From contig NC_069002.1 in NCBI RefSeq assembly GCF_001194135.2, forward strand, positions 33,556,188-33,595,977: a stretch of 39,790 nucleotides of DNA. Direction: 5' to 3'. A model generated the notes under the pieces. It was not told the origin of the DNA, did not search any database, and worked only from the letters and a program-made list of their open reading frames with translations. This document shows positions 35,578 through 39,790 of this stretch, piece after piece (the first letter of the stretch is position 1; every line of letters begins with the position of its first letter). The DNA comes from Octopus bimaculoides (lineage: Eukaryota). Position numbers and translations under genes: made by a program.

Positions 35578-36231
35578 CAATTGCAGTGTGGAAGATGTTT
35601 GTAAGTTAATCAAAAGCACTCAAAAACCATTAGATTTACTTCAACATTGCTGAGGATCAAGAAAAGAGAGGTGAAATAAAGATGGTAGCGTTGCTGACAT
35701 TAAGGGGAATGAAGGGTTGTTAGAAATATTAAGCTGGGGCCACTTAACTATGTCAACAAGAAATAAATACATTGGCGCAACCATGCATACAAACAGTTAC
35801 TGAGAAGGGGTAGATTCACCACATAAATTCCAGCTATTAACTCGATGTTAATTCAACTAACTTCACATTGAATATTCTATCGCCTCATTCTTGCTAATTA
35901 TAATGTTTGTAGAATATTGTATGTTAATATTTATCAAATAAGATACAACAATAATAAACAAAAATAACAAGAAGTATATGCAATGTAAATACGTCAATGA
36001 TATTTGGAAAACAAAGGAATAATGAATTAATAAATATACTTAATTTAATTACTTCCAAATGCGACAAAAACTATATTTTGTAAATTGTATGTAGACATGA
36101 AATATGTATGTAGACACACAGTCACGAGCATATATGCGTGTGTGTGTGTGTTTGCGTGTATGTATGTGTTTGTGTATGTGTGTGTTTGTGCATGTGTGTG
36201 TGAATTTGTATATCTAAGTGGATGCATATTA

Positions 36232-36310
<79 letters not shown>

Positions 36311-36314
36311 ATGT

Positions 36315-36391
36315 GGCGAGTTAGCTTAGTTGGTCACAGTGCCATGCTAATACTACAAATGGCATCATGGGTTCGATCCCCATACTGGCCA
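36315..36391 (+). pseudogene. tRNA-Ile(AAT)-like pseudogene
   Basis: GGCGAGT/ACTGGCC acceptor (6 of 7 pairs), TAGCTTAGTTGG A box, CT-AAT loop at 36347-36351, perfect ATGGG-TTCGATC-CCCAT T arm; D and anticodon stems are disrupted. Confidence 0.75.
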
Positions 36392-37145
36392 GTATGTATA
36401 AGTTCTATCATTAATAAACTTCACAGGTTGCAACGTGACTGAAGGACTTATTGGTTCCTATTCTAATACCTTCATTTATTAATATCAAAATATCTATGGA
36501 TTTCGCCCTATAAACCCGAAAATACCAAAAGCCCCCACCCCCCAATAAGTGTGTAATATATGGTCGATATATATGAAAATTCAAAGAAAACCATATGTAC
36601 AAACATGTATCTGTTTGAGTGTTTGTGTGTGCCTATGTTTAAACGTGTAGACACACACACATACGCACATATATATGTATATATATATATATAAATTCAT
36701 ACAGATATAGGGTAAAAATTAATAATTAATTAATAATTAGTAATTTTAACAAGTAGGTCAATGTGTTAAAAAAACATTATAGGTAAATTTATATAAACAT
36801 AATTAAAACTAGAAATAGCAGTCAAAACTACTATTTCTCTACCAAAATACAAATATATATATATGTGTGTATATCTGTCCGGTTTTTGGTATCAACTTTG
36901 GTCCTCAGCAAATATACCGAATTTTATCTTTGCAGAAGCCTTCAAAGACTCATGTCGTTCATTGTTCGAAATGAGGAGTAGATGCACAGCCGACAACACA
37001 TGAAGTGTCATTCTTTATGTTACTTGTCCTGTTTTACGTTTGTTTCTCTCGTTGTTTGCGTACTCAATTCATTTGTTTTCGTATTTCATGTTGTTTACGG
37101 ATTTTGACGCCCTGTACCTATATATATGTATATATATATATATAT

Positions 37146-37184
<39 letters not shown>

Positions 37185-37218
37185 TGTATATGTGTGTGTG
37201 TACATATATGCATGCATA

Positions 37219-37309
<91 letters not shown>

Positions 37310-37834
37310 GTGTGTATGTATGTGGGTGTGTGTGGGTGTGAGTGTGTACGTTAGTGACATACGCCTGGGGCTGTTAGCAAGTGCACGTGTAATTCTTCTG
37401 CATCTTCACTTAATAATCAGTTGTGAATTTTTAATCGGTTTTGAAATATTTGTATTCTGCAAACTTGAAGAGCAAAACAGATAGTAGCTTAACATAGGAT
37501 ATGCCATTAGATGAAGAATTTCACAAATAGCCTGCAGACACTTCTCGGAACGTACGAAAACCCTTAATACAACAATGCTAACAGTGCTCCAAGTCTTGAA
37601 TATATAGTTTATGTGTTTGATTCCATTGCATGAGACTGAGGATTAAAAGTACATATCGCAGCTACATGACACTGAATGAGTGCTTCTGCATTTAGCATTT
37701 CTTCATTAAATTTCTTCCTACACACTTTTCCTCAGTCTCTCTTATTCTTTCTCCTCGTCTCTCTCTCTCTGTCTCTCTCTCTCTCTCTCAATTCACGTAC
37801 GCATCATACACGCACACACACATATATATGTTTT

Positions 37835-39116
37835 CGTTTAGTTCTTTCAGTTATTTCACGGCCTCCATGCTAGGGCACAGCCTTGAATACTTTTAGTCCA
37901 AGCAATTAACCAAAGGGGGGGGAGGTCACTTTTTAAAAGCCTAGTACTTATTCTATCGGTCTTTTTTTTTTTACCGAACAGCTAGTTACGGGGGGACGTA
38001 AACACACCAACCTTTTTATCAAGAGGTGGTGTAGTGCAAACACAGACAAGAAAACACACACGTATGAATATATAAGACATCATAAAAATCAATATGATGT
38101 TGTGCGGGCGCAATTCCCACACAATGCAAACAATTCGCCCCCTATGGCGGACAATATATCAAAAGCACTAATATATTTTAAACACGAGGTAGTCCTAGCT
38201 GGAGCAAAACGACATTAAACAATAAATAACGAACCGTAATATATCAAATATATATATATATATATANNNNNNNNNNNNNNNNNNNNNNNNNNNNNNNNNN
38301 NNNNNNNNNNNNNNNNNNNNNNNNNNNNNNNNNNNNNNNNNNNNNNNNNNNNNNNNNNNNNNNNNNNNNNNNNNNNNNNNNNNNNNNNNNNNNNNNNNNN
38401 NNNNNNNNNNNNNNNNNNNNNNNNNNNNNNNNNNNNNNNNNNNNNNNNNNNNNNNNNNNNNNNNNNNNNNNNNNNNNNNNNNNNNNNNNNNNNNNNNNNN
38501 NNNNNNNNNNNNNNNNNNNNNNNNNNNNNNNNNNNNNNNNNNNNNNNNNNNNNNNNNNNNNNNNNNNNNNNNNNNNNNNNNNNNNNNNNNNNNNNNNNNN
38601 NNNNNNNNNNNNNNNNNNNNNNNNNNNNNNNNNNNNNNNNNNNNNNNNNNNNNNNNNNNNNNNNNNNNNNNNNNNNNNNNNNNNNNNNNNNNNNNNNNNN
38701 NNNNNNNNNNNNNNNNNNNNNNNNNNNNNNNNNNNNNNNNNNNNNNNNNNNNNNNNNNNNNNNNNNNNNNNNNNNNNNNNNNNNNNNNNNNNNNNNNNNN
38801 NNNNNNNNNNNNNNNNNNNNNNNNNNNNNNNNNNNNNNNNNNNNNNNNNNNNNNNNNNNNNNNNNNNNNNNNNNNNNNNNNNNNNNNNNNNNNNNNNNNN
38901 NNNNNNNNNACATATATATATACATATACATATATATATATGCATGTATACGACGAGCTTGTTTAAAATTTCCGTCCAACAAATCCACTCCCAATTTTTG
39001 GTTGGTCTATGGCTATAGGAGACACTTACTCAAGGTGCTACAGAGTGGGACTGAACCCAGAACCATGTGGTTGGGAAGTATGGTACTTACCACACAGCCA
39101 TTCCTGAACCTACAGA
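37835..39116 (-). mobile_element. SINE family B split into a 3' half (37835-38050) and a 5' half (38948-39116) by microsatellite, unique insert and gap
   Basis: Both halves are collinear with 11765-12164 in the expected order; they could be two separate copies because a gap intervenes. Confidence 0.7.
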
Positions 39117-39738
39117 GCCAACATACCTGAGCGCAATTTCATTTAATGCTTATTAATCAACTCAAATCCTACTTACATTTTCTGAAAACGAAATGAAATT
39201 GCTATGAATTTGTGAATCCTGCATATAATCATTGATGTTTATTTTTGTCTTTCACGAGATTTGAAATACATGAAAGAAATTCACAGACAACAAAAATACG
39301 TACGAATATTTAAAAAAATAATATCTTACATAACAATTATATAACATGTTATTTATTTTTAATAGAAAACACTTCAGTTTCTTTACAATATTTTCCAATC
39401 GTGATTTGTATTGCTTGTATTTTTATAGGTAGAAATATGACTGTATCTTGTAAAATATCAATAACACTATTGAACTGAGAGAAATACCCAAAGACAAAAC
39501 AACATCGAACGCTTCAAAGTGTACTGAAGAAGTTTTGGAGGAAGCATAATTCATTTGCAGTAATGTGAGCCTGTGTGTCAGTTTCGTTTTCTCCAAACAT
39601 TGACATGAACGTGTGCGCTTACATATATATGTATATGTGAGTATTAGCCCCAGGAGGACATCTCCTCCAGCTGGCTTATCAACACACTACTGTGTCCTGT
39701 TTGCCAATTTTAAACAAGCTCGTCGTATACATGCATAT

Positions 39739-39790
<52 letters not shown>

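Overview
AT-rich, repeat-dense eukaryotic (animal) genomic DNA. A cephalopod/Octopus-like origin is inferred from the SINE types and microsatellite density; it is not proven here. About 3.9 kb lies in 8 N-gaps, each flanked by dinucleotide repeats, and most listed ORFs are artefacts of microsatellites, gaps or antisense TE sequence. Recognisable content: at least four tRNA-derived SINE families; Penelope-like element (PLE) remnants (GIY-YIG end, RT N-terminus, two hammerhead-ribozyme motifs, one of them in a ~100-bp inverted repeat); Tc1 and mariner transposase remnants; RTE-like LINE scraps; a tRNA-Ile(AAT)-like pseudogene; and a frameshifted gag/ORF1-like CCHC protein gene sitting directly behind a truncated SINE head. 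Several splice-bounded, open minus-strand segments may be exons of unidentified host gene(s); the best is 16370-16524. No rRNA, CRISPR or complete nameable protein gene is supported. All alignments and folds were done by eye.
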